Positions 12,081-26,394 are shown, counted from the first letter of the stretch. The stretch is DNA of 64,000 bases from Chrysomallon squamiferum (GCA_012295275.1 CM022668.1:3596001-3660000); one strand, 5' to 3'. Notes: generated from the letters alone by a model not told the origin. Numbers and translations are program-made.

Positions 12081-15000
12081 ATGACAAGGTACTTAATTCC
12101 AGATATATTTTTACCATAAAATATTAATTAATTATTTATTATTTTAATATTTCTGAAAGGATTTTTGGCGAGATTTTTTACCTAAGTAAGAGGTTTAATT
12201 TTATTTATTTTCGTAAGAATTAGATAATTTTTAAAAACTTTATTTATTTTTATTTTTTATTTATTTATTTAGTTATTTATTATTTAAAAAACACAAATAT
12301 TATTAACTCTATGGATAACCCTGATATGAAAATGAATTTGTCTAGAACCGTATACTTTTAACCTGTTTTGCTGCACTTCATTTTATCATCAACGTAGACT
12401 GTCAGCGTCTTTATGTCAGTAACTTAGCTGGACCAAACTTCGAACTAATGTGATTTACTTATTCAGTTTGTAGTTTTATTTATTAATAAATCCAATCACT
12501 CATTCAATTTTCAAAATTATTAAAGGGTTACTTGTTTATCTTTTAATATTCTTTTTTTAATGTTTTTCTAGAAATTATTTAATTTTATTTTAGTATTTTT
12601 ATCCATTTTCTTATGAAGATAACCTAAACCAAAAGCGAAAGCATTATCATCTAATGCATCCTTGCAGATGTTTTGTTATTATATTATTATACTTCATTAT
12701 CAACAGAGGAACAAACTGGAAGCACTAGTTTGTTGCATCATGACAGATAAATAAAATCAGGGTTTGTTGCTTTTTTCAGAATCATTTTCATGTTTGGTTT
12801 GATTTTCTTGCTGCGGTTGGTATGGCACTATACCAACAGCAGCAGCATCTCTCCGCAGTCAGATGACGTTGACACTGATGGTAAGGACGATGTCATGAAT
12901 ACAGCTGACATTAAGGAGTCAGATGAAAAATATCAATTAATGACAGTTGTCGATTTATATTAATTGTTTATAATTATAACAGAGAAAGTACAGGAAATGT
13001 CCTTTTTTAATTCAGTTACGTATATAAATTTAAATAGGTCCTACAAACAAAATAATATAACATATATCTTTTTTAAATAATAAAAAAAAAAAAAAAATAA
13101 TAATAAAATTTAAATAAATAAAACGGAAATGTATTCATTTTTAATTTAATTTCTGTAACCTGTAGATGAACAGTTAGGACACTGACGAGTTACAGACTTT
13201 CATAATAAGCATTTGGCATTATCCTGGATGTAAAACATTACTTAAGGCTAATGGGAAATATAGCAGACTACCCTCAGAAATATCAATTAATGACAATCGT
13301 TGAATCAGCATTATTTGGCGTGTCATTAAACAAAACAAACTTTGTCATTTTAGGAGAAACTCTGCCACTAATGTTATGGTGGGATCCTCTCGAAGGCAAC
13401 AGCAATGGAAGAGTAAATTGTGGCAATATCTCTTGTTATAAGACAATTGACAAAAGCAGGTTGAATGAACAAGAAATTATGGTAAATTTATTTACATTCG
13501 GGTATGGTCGGATTAGAAAATGTATAAGCATATGTTTTTACACAAATGTTTTTAGTTTATAGTTTTCAAGTGTGATTATAAATTTATAAAGTAGGTTGAA
13601 AACAACAGAAACATCAACAAAGGAAAAAATAATAACAATCTAAAGAGTGTAATTGTCAGTTGTAATGGTTGTTTGCCGGGAAGCATCAATCTTACATAAA
13701 ACAGAAGAATCCAATAAAGAAAAAATTCATATGTTATATTACTTGTGTGTATAAGTGAGCTTGTACGTTTTTGTGAGTGTGTGTATGTATTTAATTCTTT
13801 TGGATCACATGTTTAACCTTCTTCTAAAAAGAGAAAGTTGTAAGATCGTAATATTTTGGTTTATCTTTAAATTATTTTCTAACACAGTGTTGAGTAGACA
13901 TCTCAGTCTGCGGACCTCTGCATGTTTCACTGATTGTCATAATTTCAGGCGATCGTGTTTTACGGATCTCGGTTTGCAGAGGAAGGTTTTCCAGTGCCAA
14001 GAAGATTAACTGATATCTGGGCAGTAATGCACGAAGAATCTCCTAAAAATAACTTTTTCCTTTTTCAAAATAAAGAAGTAGCTGAACTCTTTAATGTTTC
14101 CTGCACATACAAACGAGAATCGGACTACCCAGTACCCACGATGTTGCTGAAAAACCCGAATGATGTGTTAAATACTACGTACATGATGTCGTTGAAAGAT
14201 AAAAATCAGTGGAGGAGAAATGGTCTGGCACCAATCGTATTTATTCATTCGGCCTGTCACGTTCCCTCTGACAGATCTAATTACATTAAAATGTTGATGA
14301 AGTATATCAATGTGGATTCGTACGGATTATGTGAAAATAACAGACAGTTACCTCAACAGTGAGTATTTTCTTTTAAAGATAAATAATTAGGAACTATTGT
14401 TTAGAAATAGATTTTTATTAATAATATAAAAACAGAATCAGAGTAAGTATAAATAAACAAATGAAAAATAACAAAGAAAAAATATTAAATAAAAATTAAA
14501 CCAAATATCATAAGAATAGAAAAGAAAAACGTATTTGTATGTGTAATAAAAAGAAAGTAAAAATAAAGATATGTAAAAAATAGTTTATTTAGATATATAT
14601 CATGATCCTATTATCAGTTATCGGATTTCAACATTATAGACTTTGTATTCTGTAAAGTAAATACTAATAAGCTTATTCATTAAGCTGAGAGATGAACTTG
14701 TTAATGTATGTTTTCTTACCATAGTTTGAAACTCACTTCATCATTCGCGGCTTTGAACTCCCCCAAATTCTTTAAACTTTTGGCAAAATACAAGTTCATC
14801 ATCGCCTTTGAGAATGCTGTGTGTGATGATTATATTACTGAAAAGTTCTGGCGTTCATTTCATCTGGGCATCGTTCCCATTGTGTTTGGCTCGCCAAAAA
14901 TAAAGGTAATTAATTAGAATATATTTAAAAGCAGAGAAATAAAATTTAATTAAAAATAAAGCTGATTAATTATTCCTAAGATAGACAATTAAAATTTAAA

Positions 15001-15812
15001 TAAAATGAATTAAAATAAAGTTAAATACTAGTAAAAACCCAAATCAATAAAAACAACAACAACAAACAAACAAACAAACAAAAAACACACAAAAAACCAA
15101 AAACCAAAAAATAATGTATGTGTAATAGATCGCATGTTGCTGACCTAAATGAGTAATCCAGAGAAGCTTCTTCCCTTATGTTATCTCGTATAACAAAGCT
15201 ACCTACTAAACTGGTAAGTCACTGATTTGCTCAATCACGTTTTTGATTGCATTAATATAGAAATTAATTTGTTATTTAATACCCCCACCCCAGGATTTCC
15301 TGCCTGCAAACAAATCTGCTATCATCATCAATGACTTTGCGTCTATTGAAGATGTAGTCAAACACATCAAATACCTCGATGAACACGACGATGAATATGA
15401 GAAATATCTTCAATACAAGAAAGACGGCATCAGCAACACATTTTTGTTGGATGAGCTTGAACGACGTGACTGGGGACAAGGAAAACGCCATTCATCCTTT
15501 TTACAAGGATTTCAGTGTCATCTGTGTCATAAACTTTATAACGTGAGAAAACTGGCATCCAAAGGACTCCCTCTTCCAGTTATGAGAACTAAATTTGAAC
15601 ATTTCAGCTGCCCGAAACCACGACAGTTCAATGAAAAAGGATTGTATATGCATAACACATCAGACAGTAACAGTGACTGGGTGTTTGCTGGATTCTATGC
15701 ACACGGACTGTTAAAGTACTTAAAAGGTGAAGTGAATGTCACAACACATTATCTTTATACACTTGCTAAACATATAGAAGAAATGAAAATGACTAGTAGA
15801 GATGAACTGTGA
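12081..15812 (+). CDS. GT10 alpha-1,3-fucosyltransferase (FUT10/FUT11-like) copy C, complete 6-exon gene, about 448 aa
   Basis: Exons 12081-12088, 12780-12880 (shifted donor), 13354-13481, 13949-14358, 14725-14905, 15294-15812. GT-AG and in frame (1347 nt). Motifs HEESPKNN, VPSDR, YKFIIAFENAVCDDYITEKFW; ends RDEL*. Confidence 0.9.
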
Positions 15813-15817
15813 AAAGA

Positions 15818-15887
<70 letters not shown>
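15818..15887. repeat. (AAT)n(ATT)n palindromic microsatellite immediately after copy C stop codon
   Basis: About 12 AAT units abut about 11 ATT units, giving a self-complementary tract of about 70 bp. Confidence 0.9.
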
Positions 15888-15890
<3 letters not shown>

Positions 15891-16369
15891 ATTATAGATT
15901 TATTTTAATAAGATGAATATAAAAATACACGATCATAATATTATGGCACATTAACTTTTTATTGTGCTGTTTGTGAAAATCATGTGTGTGGGTGTGTGCG
16001 TGCGTGAATCTGGATAGTTAATTAATTGACAGCTGTTAGCTTTATAATCATAACTTAATAATAAGTGAACGAAATGATTTAACAGTTAAAAGGGGAAGAA
16101 GAAAAAAGAAAAAGAAAAGAAAATAAAGCATAAATTAAAAATAAGACAAAACGTATGTAGAAATATCAATATTAGTAATTTGTTTATTATTGTTGTTGCT
16201 TTAAACTGTTTTATTTGACCATCTGTTAAATAATAATTATATTTGTATTAAAGTTAGAATAAACGTTTATGTCTCTTTGCCCAATTTTTTTCTGCTTCGA
16301 GGTACAGTCTTACTGCTAGAAAAGTATAAATAAAAATAAAAATATCAAATCAAATAAGGAAATATACTA

Positions 16370-16668
16370 TACGGGTACCGGACCAATTATCCGGACTCCT
16401 TGGGGCCTGAGGCATTCCTGTTTTCTGGTACTAAGGCATCTAAATACGTAAATAATTAGGCATAAACTTTTTAAAATTAAAAACATAAAGAAAACTACCA
16501 TAAATATTGCGGCGAGTGAATGAACGCCACGCGGCTTGAAAGAGTAGTTCCGGTTTGGTGAGGACAACGCCCCCACGCGCGGACTATGAAAATAGCGTCG
16601 AATTTTATTTTTCAGTTTTCTGGTCTTTCTGGATTTCAGGACACCAGATAATTGGTCCGGTACCCGTA
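16370..16668. mobile_element. MITE, about 300 bp, with perfect 22-bp terminal inverted repeats
   Basis: tacgggtaccggaccaattatc at 16370-16391 and its exact reverse complement gataattggtccggtacccgta at 16647-16668. The outer TA may be the target-site duplication; actat also flanks both ends. No coding capacity. Confidence 0.85.
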
Positions 16669-18442
16669 CTATGTTTTGAACCAAGTTTCATAACAAGTTT
16701 AAGTTTTTTCCCTCTGATACTAATTAACCATACTTATTCCATTATTAGTTTCAGTATTTATTTCCAAAGCATTGCCACAACCACATAACAATCAAATTAA
16801 AATGGTAATTACTACTGAGAAAACAATCGCAAATGAAGCTATTTTTAGACCACAATCGTAGATTTTTCGCTTTTTCGGGCGTCAGAAATATACAAACATC
16901 TCGAAACCTTCATTTCTTTTGTGCAGAAGGTCTCATCAACTCAGATTGCAAATAATATTTTGACGAGAAGTTATATGTTTACATAACCTTGATGTTTTAT
17001 TTACCAAGGTAGAACCACAGTCAGTGTATACGTAATGTTATGCGTTAAATAGTCATCTTTTGAAATCAAAAAAAAAAAAAAAAAAAAAGGTAATTATTAA
17101 TCAGGTGGATTTGGTGAGGAAAATCGACTTGATCAGTCGCTTTCTGACGCATACGGAAACCAACTTCTGTAGCCATGACTTACAGAGCAACTCGATGATG
17201 TATTTCTCAGGCAGACCGTTATGTTGTTTTTTCCTTCCTTTAAGTCTCAGTTATATTGTTTTCCAATGATATATTTTTGAAAAAGGTCTGTTACTCGGAA
17301 ATAGTCAAAAGATTTGACAGAAGTTTTTCTTTTCTTTTTTTCTTTTCTGTTTTTCTTTTTATGAAGCTTTGCTACGTTTTCGGGAACAAAAACATTGTAT
17401 AAATCATAATAAGAGTTTTAATTTTTCTTTGGTCAAGATTTTTTGTAGGAAGAAAGCGCGCAGAGTTAACCTGGTGAGTGTATAAAATAGTGTATGAACG
17501 ATGTTCACGATACACGTTTGTAGATGGCCGCTTTTTTCTTTTTTACTATACAAACTAACATTCTTGCAATGAATAAAAAGATATGAGTTATAAATATTCC
17601 ATTAATGCATATTTTATTCAAACAGAACTTGGAACAGAGAATAAATCGAGCTTTTCTGATATTTTTGGAAAGCAAAAACAATACAAGGTATCATTCGTTC
17701 AATAAACACAAATATAACACTTAAATTTTTCCGTTAATGCAGTTTTTATACAGAGAATAAATCAAGCATTCAAAAATCAGTAAAAATATGTCAAAACAAT
17801 ATAGCATCCCGAAAATACAAGCGCATTAGGATAACTTGACATACATTATAACATTATATCCATTATAATCACCACAGGAATGCACGCATGACACCCAAAC
17901 AACATGAGAACATTTGTGCATGGTTCAGATGGAAGCTACTCATGTCTTTATCCTTAGAACCTTCGCTTGTTCCGTGCAGCTGTAACCAGTTAGACGCAGA
18001 GATGGCAAACATTACATAGACAGACAACGTAGAGTGACTCCCCCTCCCCAGGAAATTTCGTATTTGTGTGGCGTGCATCTGCAGAATCGTTTTCTGACAG
18101 TGACGTCATCAGCTAGGAATGCCTTAGATCACAGGCTTAGTCGACAGCGGACAGCGGACTCGGGTCTCAGGGAATAAGAGTTTACATATCATGCATTTAC
18201 TGACACTTTCGTCTGAGGCTGAGATGATCGGTCACTGTAGAATGTTGGCAGCGATGTGTCTGGCAGAGGATAGTCTCCACTGATCAAATACGGTTCTGTT
18301 TCATTCAGAGTTGACGGAAACAGCTTATTGTGTTCAGGAAGTCCTGCCACTTCTTAAAAAAAAGAAAAAAAAAGAAACTTTTTTTGTTTCTTTTCAGACA
18401 AATATGCTACGGCTCAAATCAAATTCCGGAAATAAAAACTAA

Positions 18443-18472
18443 TGACGTAAATGAAGAAGAAATAAGACGTCA
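18443..18472. promoter_or_regulatory. Paired CRE-like sites (TGACGTAA, AGACGTCA) upstream of copy D
   Basis: The second site ends 68 nt before the ATG at 18541. The same pair is retained upstream of copy E although the flanks have diverged. Confidence 0.4.
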
Positions 18473-18540
18473 CGATAACTGAAAAATACAAACAACAACA
18501 ACACAGTTCGAATAAAATTATCGCGAAAAGACATCTGATC

Positions 18541-21500
18541 ATGTCAAGGTAAATTATTAAAAATAACTAATTCTTTCAGAGTATTTGGTAATCCTTTAAA
18601 TTTTCTTGGTTTTGATGATAGGGTAAATATAATAAGATCGTATAAATTAACCAATATTAAAAGCTCTTTTTGGCTTGTCAAATCAACCAATCTTCTGCGT
18701 GTAGAATTTAGATCCGTGATTTTCAACACGTTTCAACCATCAAGTAGTATCATTACTATTTTAAGGAGAGATTTTAAGCCACAGTAAGCTTATGCAGCTT
18801 CATACAACCTTTTCTCATTTTAGTCTGCACTGGTAGCAGAATAATAAATCACGAAAAAATATTACGTTAGGACTCCACTAACACAGTTCCTACTTGAATC
18901 AGCCCTCTAAAATTTGAATTTGAAATTTGTGGACAGAACCAGAGCGATTTTATAATTAGTATAACGTTTGAAGAATCCGAAATCAGTCGATGAACATTTC
19001 ACAGTAGTTGTTTTGAGCATTTTAGAAGATTGTATAAGAATTTTACTTTTTTCTCTCGATATAGTAAAATATCTATAACTTTAATATTTATTTTGCCGTT
19101 GAAGAACATATATTGTTTCAGAAATAGTTATTATAATTATTCCTCGTGTAAAATGGTTAAATTTAAAATGACAAAAATATCTGGTATATCATAAAAGGAC
19201 GCAAAGCTACTAATCTGAAATGTCTATCAACTGATTTTGTACACTTTAGACATCATACATTTTAATTACGCCTGGTTCATAATAAAATGTCAGACTCTTG
19301 AGAATGGATGTACAAAAACCTGTTTCAGAATCCGTGTACATGATTTACTCATTCTATAGATTTTCATTTTACAATTTAGAACCGCATCAGTTTCTGTTAA
19401 TAACATGAAGTATGCATCAGCTGTAAGTAAAACAATTAAATCTAAGTTTATTGTTTGTTGTTTCCATCATAATCCACGTTAGATAAACACATGAAAATAT
19501 TTATTTATGTACATCTTTTTTTTTTAAGAATTATTATGAAGTTGTTTGGTTTGATTTTCTTGCTGGGGTTGGCGTGGTACTCTACAAGCAGCAGCTTCGA
19601 CTCTGACAAAAGTGACAAATCTGACGGAAAATGTGAAGATGTTTCCAGCTGTGCACATGTAAAGAAAACTTCCGTTCATGGTATTTAATTAAAGTCAACA
19701 CATTTTTGTTATATGATAGTGAACTGTCAGAGGTAAATTCTGATAAAAACAATAAAATTAGAGATTTAAACACTATGTGTTAAGAACCATTTCAATTATA
19801 ATTTTAGTAATGTCAGTCAACCTCAGAGGTCTTTCCCATTCAAGGAATCACTCCGCTTCTGGTGTTCACTGGCCTTGGGAAAATTCACATGAAAAATTCG
19901 TTGAGTCATTTAGTCATAAAACTATCTTTCTTCCTTTCAGAACTAGCACATGAGCAACAGATAATGAATGGCTGTTCTCTGTAACTATATTTTAGGGAAA
20001 CCTCTGCCACTGATGTTGTGGTGGGATCGTGTCAGGGACAGTGTAGACGGCAGAGTTGACTGTGGGGATGTTTCTTGTCAGGTGACAACAGACAGGAGCA
20101 GGTTACATAAGCAGAAGAACATTATGGTAAGTTTCTTGATACGTCATTACAGAAGGTATATCAAGTCACGTAGCTAAAAGTATATGGTTAAGTTTTTATG
20201 TGTGTATGTGTGTGTGTGTGTTAGTGTGTGTGTACGTTGTTACTGCTGCTGTGTTACTGATAATGTAAAATGTCACTTGTAAATTTTAGTTTTGTAAGAA
20301 TTTAATGATTTCGAGAGAGGTAATTCCGGATTTTAACCAATTTGAGTTTGACTTTAACATAAGATTGTTTTAGCCTACAGTTCCGTTTATTATGGTGAAT
20401 AATTGCATCTGTTTCGATAAAAAAAAAAAAATAATAATAATAATAATAATAATAATACAAAAAATAATAATAATAAAAAAAAAAAAAAAACATTCTAAAA
20501 CAATAAAAAAATAAATGAAAAAATAAAAAAAGGAAATCAAGATGAATGAAATGAATAGAAAAAGCTAGCTGGAACGTGTTGAAAGCTGTCAGTATTAATT
20601 GGTTGCGTGTGGAAACTGGTTAATGCTCTTGATAAACACAAACTGAAATACAGAATGGGAAGAATCTGGTAAAAAAAAAAAAAAAAAAAAAAAAAAATGC
20701 AGTCTCTATATGTTTAATGCTTCACGACTGTGCATTTTCAAGTATAAAATTGTGAACGATATGACCCGCAAAATCAGCATTTTCTTCAAACGTTTATATA
20801 AATATTTATATATATTTTAAAATATTTTTTTGCTGAAAAATTCGAGAACGTTATCAGCCATAACTTTCACTGGAATAAAGATAGGTATATGACTTTTCAT
20901 TTTCTTTTTTAAATTTATAATTATATTTTATACTATTTGGGTAATTTAAAAAAAAGAAGAAGAGTGATAGCTATTATTAAATGTTGGGTGCCAAAAGATA
21001 TTATTGCATATTCATGAAATCCCATCACCGTATTAAACCCACGAACTAGAAGAACAGAATGGGTATGATTTAATGGAAACTAGTGTATATTGATAAAATT
21101 ATGCATATGATAAAATGTATTATCTTCAGTTCTAAATCTAACAGTAATTTAGACAAATGGACCAAATATATGCTTCGTCTGTGCATCTCCAGACATATCA
21201 AAGTGTACAGGAAAAATCAAAACATGTGACATCAAGAGAAATAAGAACCTCAGACTGAGTTAACTGGATGTCAGCATGTTTGAAACAGCTATCTGATTGT
21301 TATATTTTAGATGGTTATGTTTTACGGCTCCGAGTTCGCTTTAAGAGGTCTTCCATTTCCGAGGAGACCAAATCACCTCTGGGCTATACTGCTGGAAGAT
21401 TTTCCAGAAATTAACTGGTTCCTTTTTCAAAGAAAAGAAGTAACTGATCTCTTTAATGTTTCCTGTACATTCAAGCGAGAATCGGATTACCCGGAACCAA

Positions 21501-23621
21501 CCATGTGGCTCAAAAACCAAGATGACCTGTTTGACATTACATACGTCTTACCTTTAGCAGACAAAAATCGGCTGAGAAAAAATGGACTGGCACCAGTTGT
21601 ATTTATAAGCTCAGACTGTAAGGTGCCCACTGATAGATCACGTTACATTAGACTTCTTATGCGATATATTTATGTGGATTCGTATGGAGGGTGCGAAAAT
21701 AACAAACAGTTACCGAACAAGTGAGATTTTTTGTTCTGAGATATATGTATATAAGACCTTAATCATGTTAAGAAATATAGACAGCAAAACTAGAATCGAA
21801 AACGAAACTAAATATTCATAAACAAAGAGAAAAAAATGGCAACGAAAGAGTAAATTTATACTTTGTCTTTCTTTAATATAAATACTCGTAATCTTAGTCT
21901 GTAAGGACATTTTCAACACATATAAGTGTAACGGTGGATATGATTTTATACTTATTAGGTTCCTATGAGTTAAACTGTTAAATATCTATACAGTATTCTG
22001 AACGTAATCGTCTTTGACATATTTGCTTCACATAAAAGTCATATTTTAATGATTTGAATAGATATAAACAGTATAAAGTATCTTTTGAACAGATACAGAT
22101 GTTCTTCATTTAACAGACTGTATACAAGTATATATAAAAATAAATATATATATATATATATACACTTGTATATAGTCCATTAAAGAAAACACACATATGT
22201 ATATATGGTAAGAAAACACACATATATATACTTGTATACAGTCTATTAAGTGAAGAACATACATATATACATAGGTGTGTTTTCTTACCAGTTTGCGAAA
22301 AACAGCATCAACAGATGTATGGGATTCTGAATACAAAAGATTTTTGGCTCAATACAAGTTCATCATCGCCTTTGAGAATGTTGTATGTGATGACTACATT
22401 ACAGACAAGTTGTGGCGTTCATTTCATCTTGGCATCGTTCCCATTGTGTTTGGCTCGCCAAAACTAAAGGTAATTAGTGAAAATGTAATAAAAAGTAAAA
22501 AAAATAAAATTTTATTTAAATCAAAGCTACTTAATTACAATAATGACAGACAGTAGAAGTCAAAATAAAATAAATAAAATAAATACAAATAATTCAAAAA
22601 AAAAGAAAGAAAAAGCACCAGAAATCCAAAATAAAACAAACACTTGTTTATTGAGTTAAAACATAGTTTAATGTAAAGGATGCATATTTGTTACTTTACT
22701 GCTTAAGTGAACAGTAAGTCTGCTGTAAGATATGAAGGTAAGTCAGATTTGTATTTAAGAAAACACGTTAATTTTGTTTGTTCTTCTTATTAATACTATG
22801 GTTGTTGCTGTTGTTCTTTTACAAACGTATTTTAATGAATATAATTAAAGACTATAAAGTATTGGAGGGACAAGCACAAAACGTTCACTCTATATCTGTA
22901 AAGGTTTGCTAGGTCCTGATTTGCGAGTAGTAGAAGGAGAGTATGTAGAATTTAACTGCTAGTAACGATATTTAATAATTCATTTATTTATTTGAAATGA
23001 AAGTGTTCATCATCTATTTGTTTACTGCAAACTCAAGCAACATTAATACAAATGCATTTTAATTCAAATGTATTTGTAATTTTAAATTTCTTCCAGGATT
23101 TTCTTCCAGCAGAAAATTCCGCTGTTGTCATCAGTGATTTTGATTCTATTGAAGATGTTGTCAAACAGATCAGATACCTGGACGAGAATGACGACGAGTA
23201 TGAGAAATATCTCGTGTACAAGAAAGACGGCCTCAGCAACTCACTGTTGCAGGACGAGCTGGAACGACGTGAGTGGGGACCAGGAAAACGTCACAAAAGT
23301 TTGACTGAAAAGTTCCAGTGTCAGCTTTGTCATAAACTTCATGATGTGAAAAAAATGGCCGACAAAGGACTCCCTCTTCCAGCTATGAGAACTGCAAATG
23401 AACATTTCAGCTGTCCTCCACCTAGAGACTTTGACGGGTTGGGAAAGTACGAGTTTGAACATACCTTTTTATTAGAGCAGCTTTTCGCGGAGTTCTACGC
23501 AAAGGGTTTGTTATACTACTTAGAAAGGGGAGTGAATGCCACGAAAGATGACCTTTACAGATTTGTAAGAGAACTGGATGAAATCACTATGATCAAAATG
23601 CAAAAGACACAATTACATTAA
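18541..23621 (+). CDS. GT10 fucosyltransferase-like copy D with altered catalytic motifs, complete 6-exon gene, about 467 aa
   Basis: Exons 18541-18548, 19529-19680, 19996-20126, 21311-21720, 22292-22469, 23097-23621. GT-AG and in frame (1404 nt). LLEDFPEIN replaces MHEESPKNN; YITDKLW replaces Y(I/V)TEKFW; ends KTQLH*. Confidence 0.9.
19212..20285 (+). repeat. About 1.07-kb near-identical segment shared by copies D and E (partner 27472-28545)
   Basis: Line-by-line comparison at offset 8260 shows identity across intron and exon sequence. I noticed one mismatch (20188 t vs 28448 a). Confidence 0.9.
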
Positions 23622-23665
23622 ACTGAGAGATAATTACGTACGCACTGACACGTATTAACCATTGT

Positions 23666-23723
<58 letters not shown>

Positions 23724-24174
23724 GCATACAAGCACTGATTTAGAAGAACAATGTTTCTAATAGATATGTTTCTAATAAACAATTCATTAAAATAAAGATT
23801 TTTTCATTGCTGTGAAACAGTGAAAGGTGAATGGGTCCAGCCCACTTCGAGTTGACACATACACTCATTAATAACTCTTAATAATTCGTGTTATAATTAA
23901 TAGCATCGATGAATAGTTTAATCAAATAATGTCATTCAAGCGTTACGTAAGTATATAATGAATATTCATAAAATCTGTAAACAATCTATCACAATTTATA
24001 ATACATTTTTGTAAATGAAATGTGATAAGCAAATTAACAACGACAACAAGAAAAAAAAACAGCTTTTAATAAAGAAGGAAGACTAACAACACGAATAAAG
24101 TACGGAAAAAAATAAATATCTGAAATCAGTGGCTTCATAATATACAAATAAAAAAAGTTATTGTTTGATCAGTA

Positions 24175-25093
24175 CTACATAAAGCTTACATTTAAAAACA
24201 TGTATAATTAACAGTGATATTCGTCTCTGTGCATATTTATAAATCTCATTTTGTCTCAGTATACGTACCTAACAAACATTCACAGTGAGATAACGTCATT
24301 CAAACGTCACGTACACATGTAATGAATATTCACAAAATTTGTAAGCAATGAAAACAATGAAAACTATAATATATAATAAATCAAATTACAAGTAATATAT
24401 ATAAAAAATAATAATAATAAAAATTAAGAAATTTGTGAGGATAACATTACTTTGAAAATGTTTGCGAAAGAGGAATACTTTCAGAAATTTATTTACTTCA
24501 AAAAATTAAATTAATATGTATATTACTATATATGTTTGAAGTTTGTAAACATATGAAACAACGACTCTGTGAAGTATGTGAACAAAAAATCTCCATATAA
24601 ACTGCAACCATTTAATTTTGTTCGTCAAAGAAATTGTTACAGATGATACATAAAAAATATAATAAAAAAAGAAATAAATGAATTTGTAGTCACATTTTAT
24701 AACCATTTATAAATTTACGATTTTTAAGAAAACTTACATTTACTTAAATAATACTGCAGATGAATGATGATATTAACAGTAGTGGTAGTAGTAGTTATAG
24801 TAGTAGTATTAATAATAATAATAATAAAAACAACAAACATAATAATAATAAGAACAACAGAAACAACAACAGTAATAATGATAATAATAACAATAATAAT
24901 AGATATTAGATATCTAATATTAAGAAAGAAGAATAAAATAATGAAAAAATTACAATACAAAAGAACAACAAAATTTTATTTTTCATTTTTGACAAAAATT
25001 TAGATTCGTTGCTCTATCATTTATATAGCCGAGAATTCTGCAGGTTATCAATAGCTTGCATTGAAATGATGATGATGATGATGATGATAATAA

Positions 25094-25128
<35 letters not shown>

Positions 25129-25205
25129 AAACAATACAGAATGAAATATCCAAATATCCCTCGTATCTGCCCCAAACATGCGTTCACACAAAACGTTTCC
25201 TGTCT
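24175..25205 (+). repeat. Diverged direct duplicate of 35295-36870 (3' flank of the D/E duplication unit)
   Basis: Colinear shared blocks such as gtatacgtacctaacaaacattcacagtgagataacgtcattcaaacgtcacgtacacatgtaatgaatattcacaaaat, ttcaaaaaattaaattaatatgtatatta and cacaaaacgtttcctg. Confidence 0.85.
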
Positions 25206-26394
25206 GTTTATCTATTTTGGTTACGACATATATAGATTTCATTAAAACTACATAACTAACAAAAAAAAAAATACAAAACCTAACTAAACAACAACAAACA
25301 ACAGAAATAAAAAGAAAAACATTCATAGAAAAACAAAAAAATAAAAAAAAAAAGCAAGCAAACAAACAAAAATCAGAAAGTTTACTAACTACTAAATAAC
25401 AACATTAAAAATAAATAAATAAATAAATAAAATAGTATATGTTTTAAAACAGAATGAGATCACATATCAGTTTATATTATTAGGGGAATTTGTCATAAGT
25501 ACGTAACTGAAAATCCTAAAACAAAGCGAAACAGAAACAGATAAAAATAACTAAATGTTGAGAAAAAAATAAAAAAATAAGGCAGATTACGCTGAAAAAA
25601 TTAATTAAATGGTACATTTAGACCTTTCTTCTTTCACATTGTGTTTGACAAATAACCATCGTATTTATTGTTTAATAGCCATTTGAAATGAAACTGTTAG
25701 TGCCCGATCAAAGAAAAAAAAAACCCTTAGTAACGACAACTGTAATTGTCCGTCTGCAGAATGACATCAAGCTACAGAAAATGTACTATTGAAGAACAAA
25801 AACTCTTGCTCAGAGAATGACAACACGTTCATAAATCAGTTGAAACAGGCCAAAAACATAATATTTAATTCATTATGTTTATCTTTATTAAACTTTGCTG
25901 AGTAGGTACTGCAAATTTAATACAGATATGTGTTACTGATCTTTTTTTTTTTTCATATGGTTGATATATTTTGATTAATATAAAAAAAAATCATTAGTTA
26001 AAAATACTAAAGTAATGTGTTAGCATTGCTAATTATAGATTACTTCAAATCTAAAATTTGTTTGTCTGTCTTCTTCAGTCTTTTAAACGAGTTACGTAGT
26101 TGTTGAGGTAATGTATATCATGGAAAAACAGACGATGAACAAAACAACCGAAATATGTAACTATTGAATAAATAAAGCTTAATACATGTTATGGTTTGCA
26201 CTCATTTCAAAGATATAACATTTATCGCACTTAATACTGTTTTTTCTTTTTCATATTTTTTTTTTTTTTTTTTGTTAATATTTATTTTAATTTGTTTACT
26301 TTCTTTGTTTCTTTTCTTCTTATATATATATATATCTTTTCTTCTTATATATATAACTAGAATGGCTCAAGTAAAACTAGAAATAACAACCTAA

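Noticed and set aside
17449-17473. Possible 25-nt micro-exon (ttttgtag...ctg|gtgagt) upstream of copy D
   Set aside because: The splice signals look good, but there is no paralogous counterpart and no way to link it to a transcript.
17869-18350. GC-richer stretch with a 69-aa ORF
   Set aside because: No recognisable motif, termini or splice structure; possibly a repeat fragment but unsupported.
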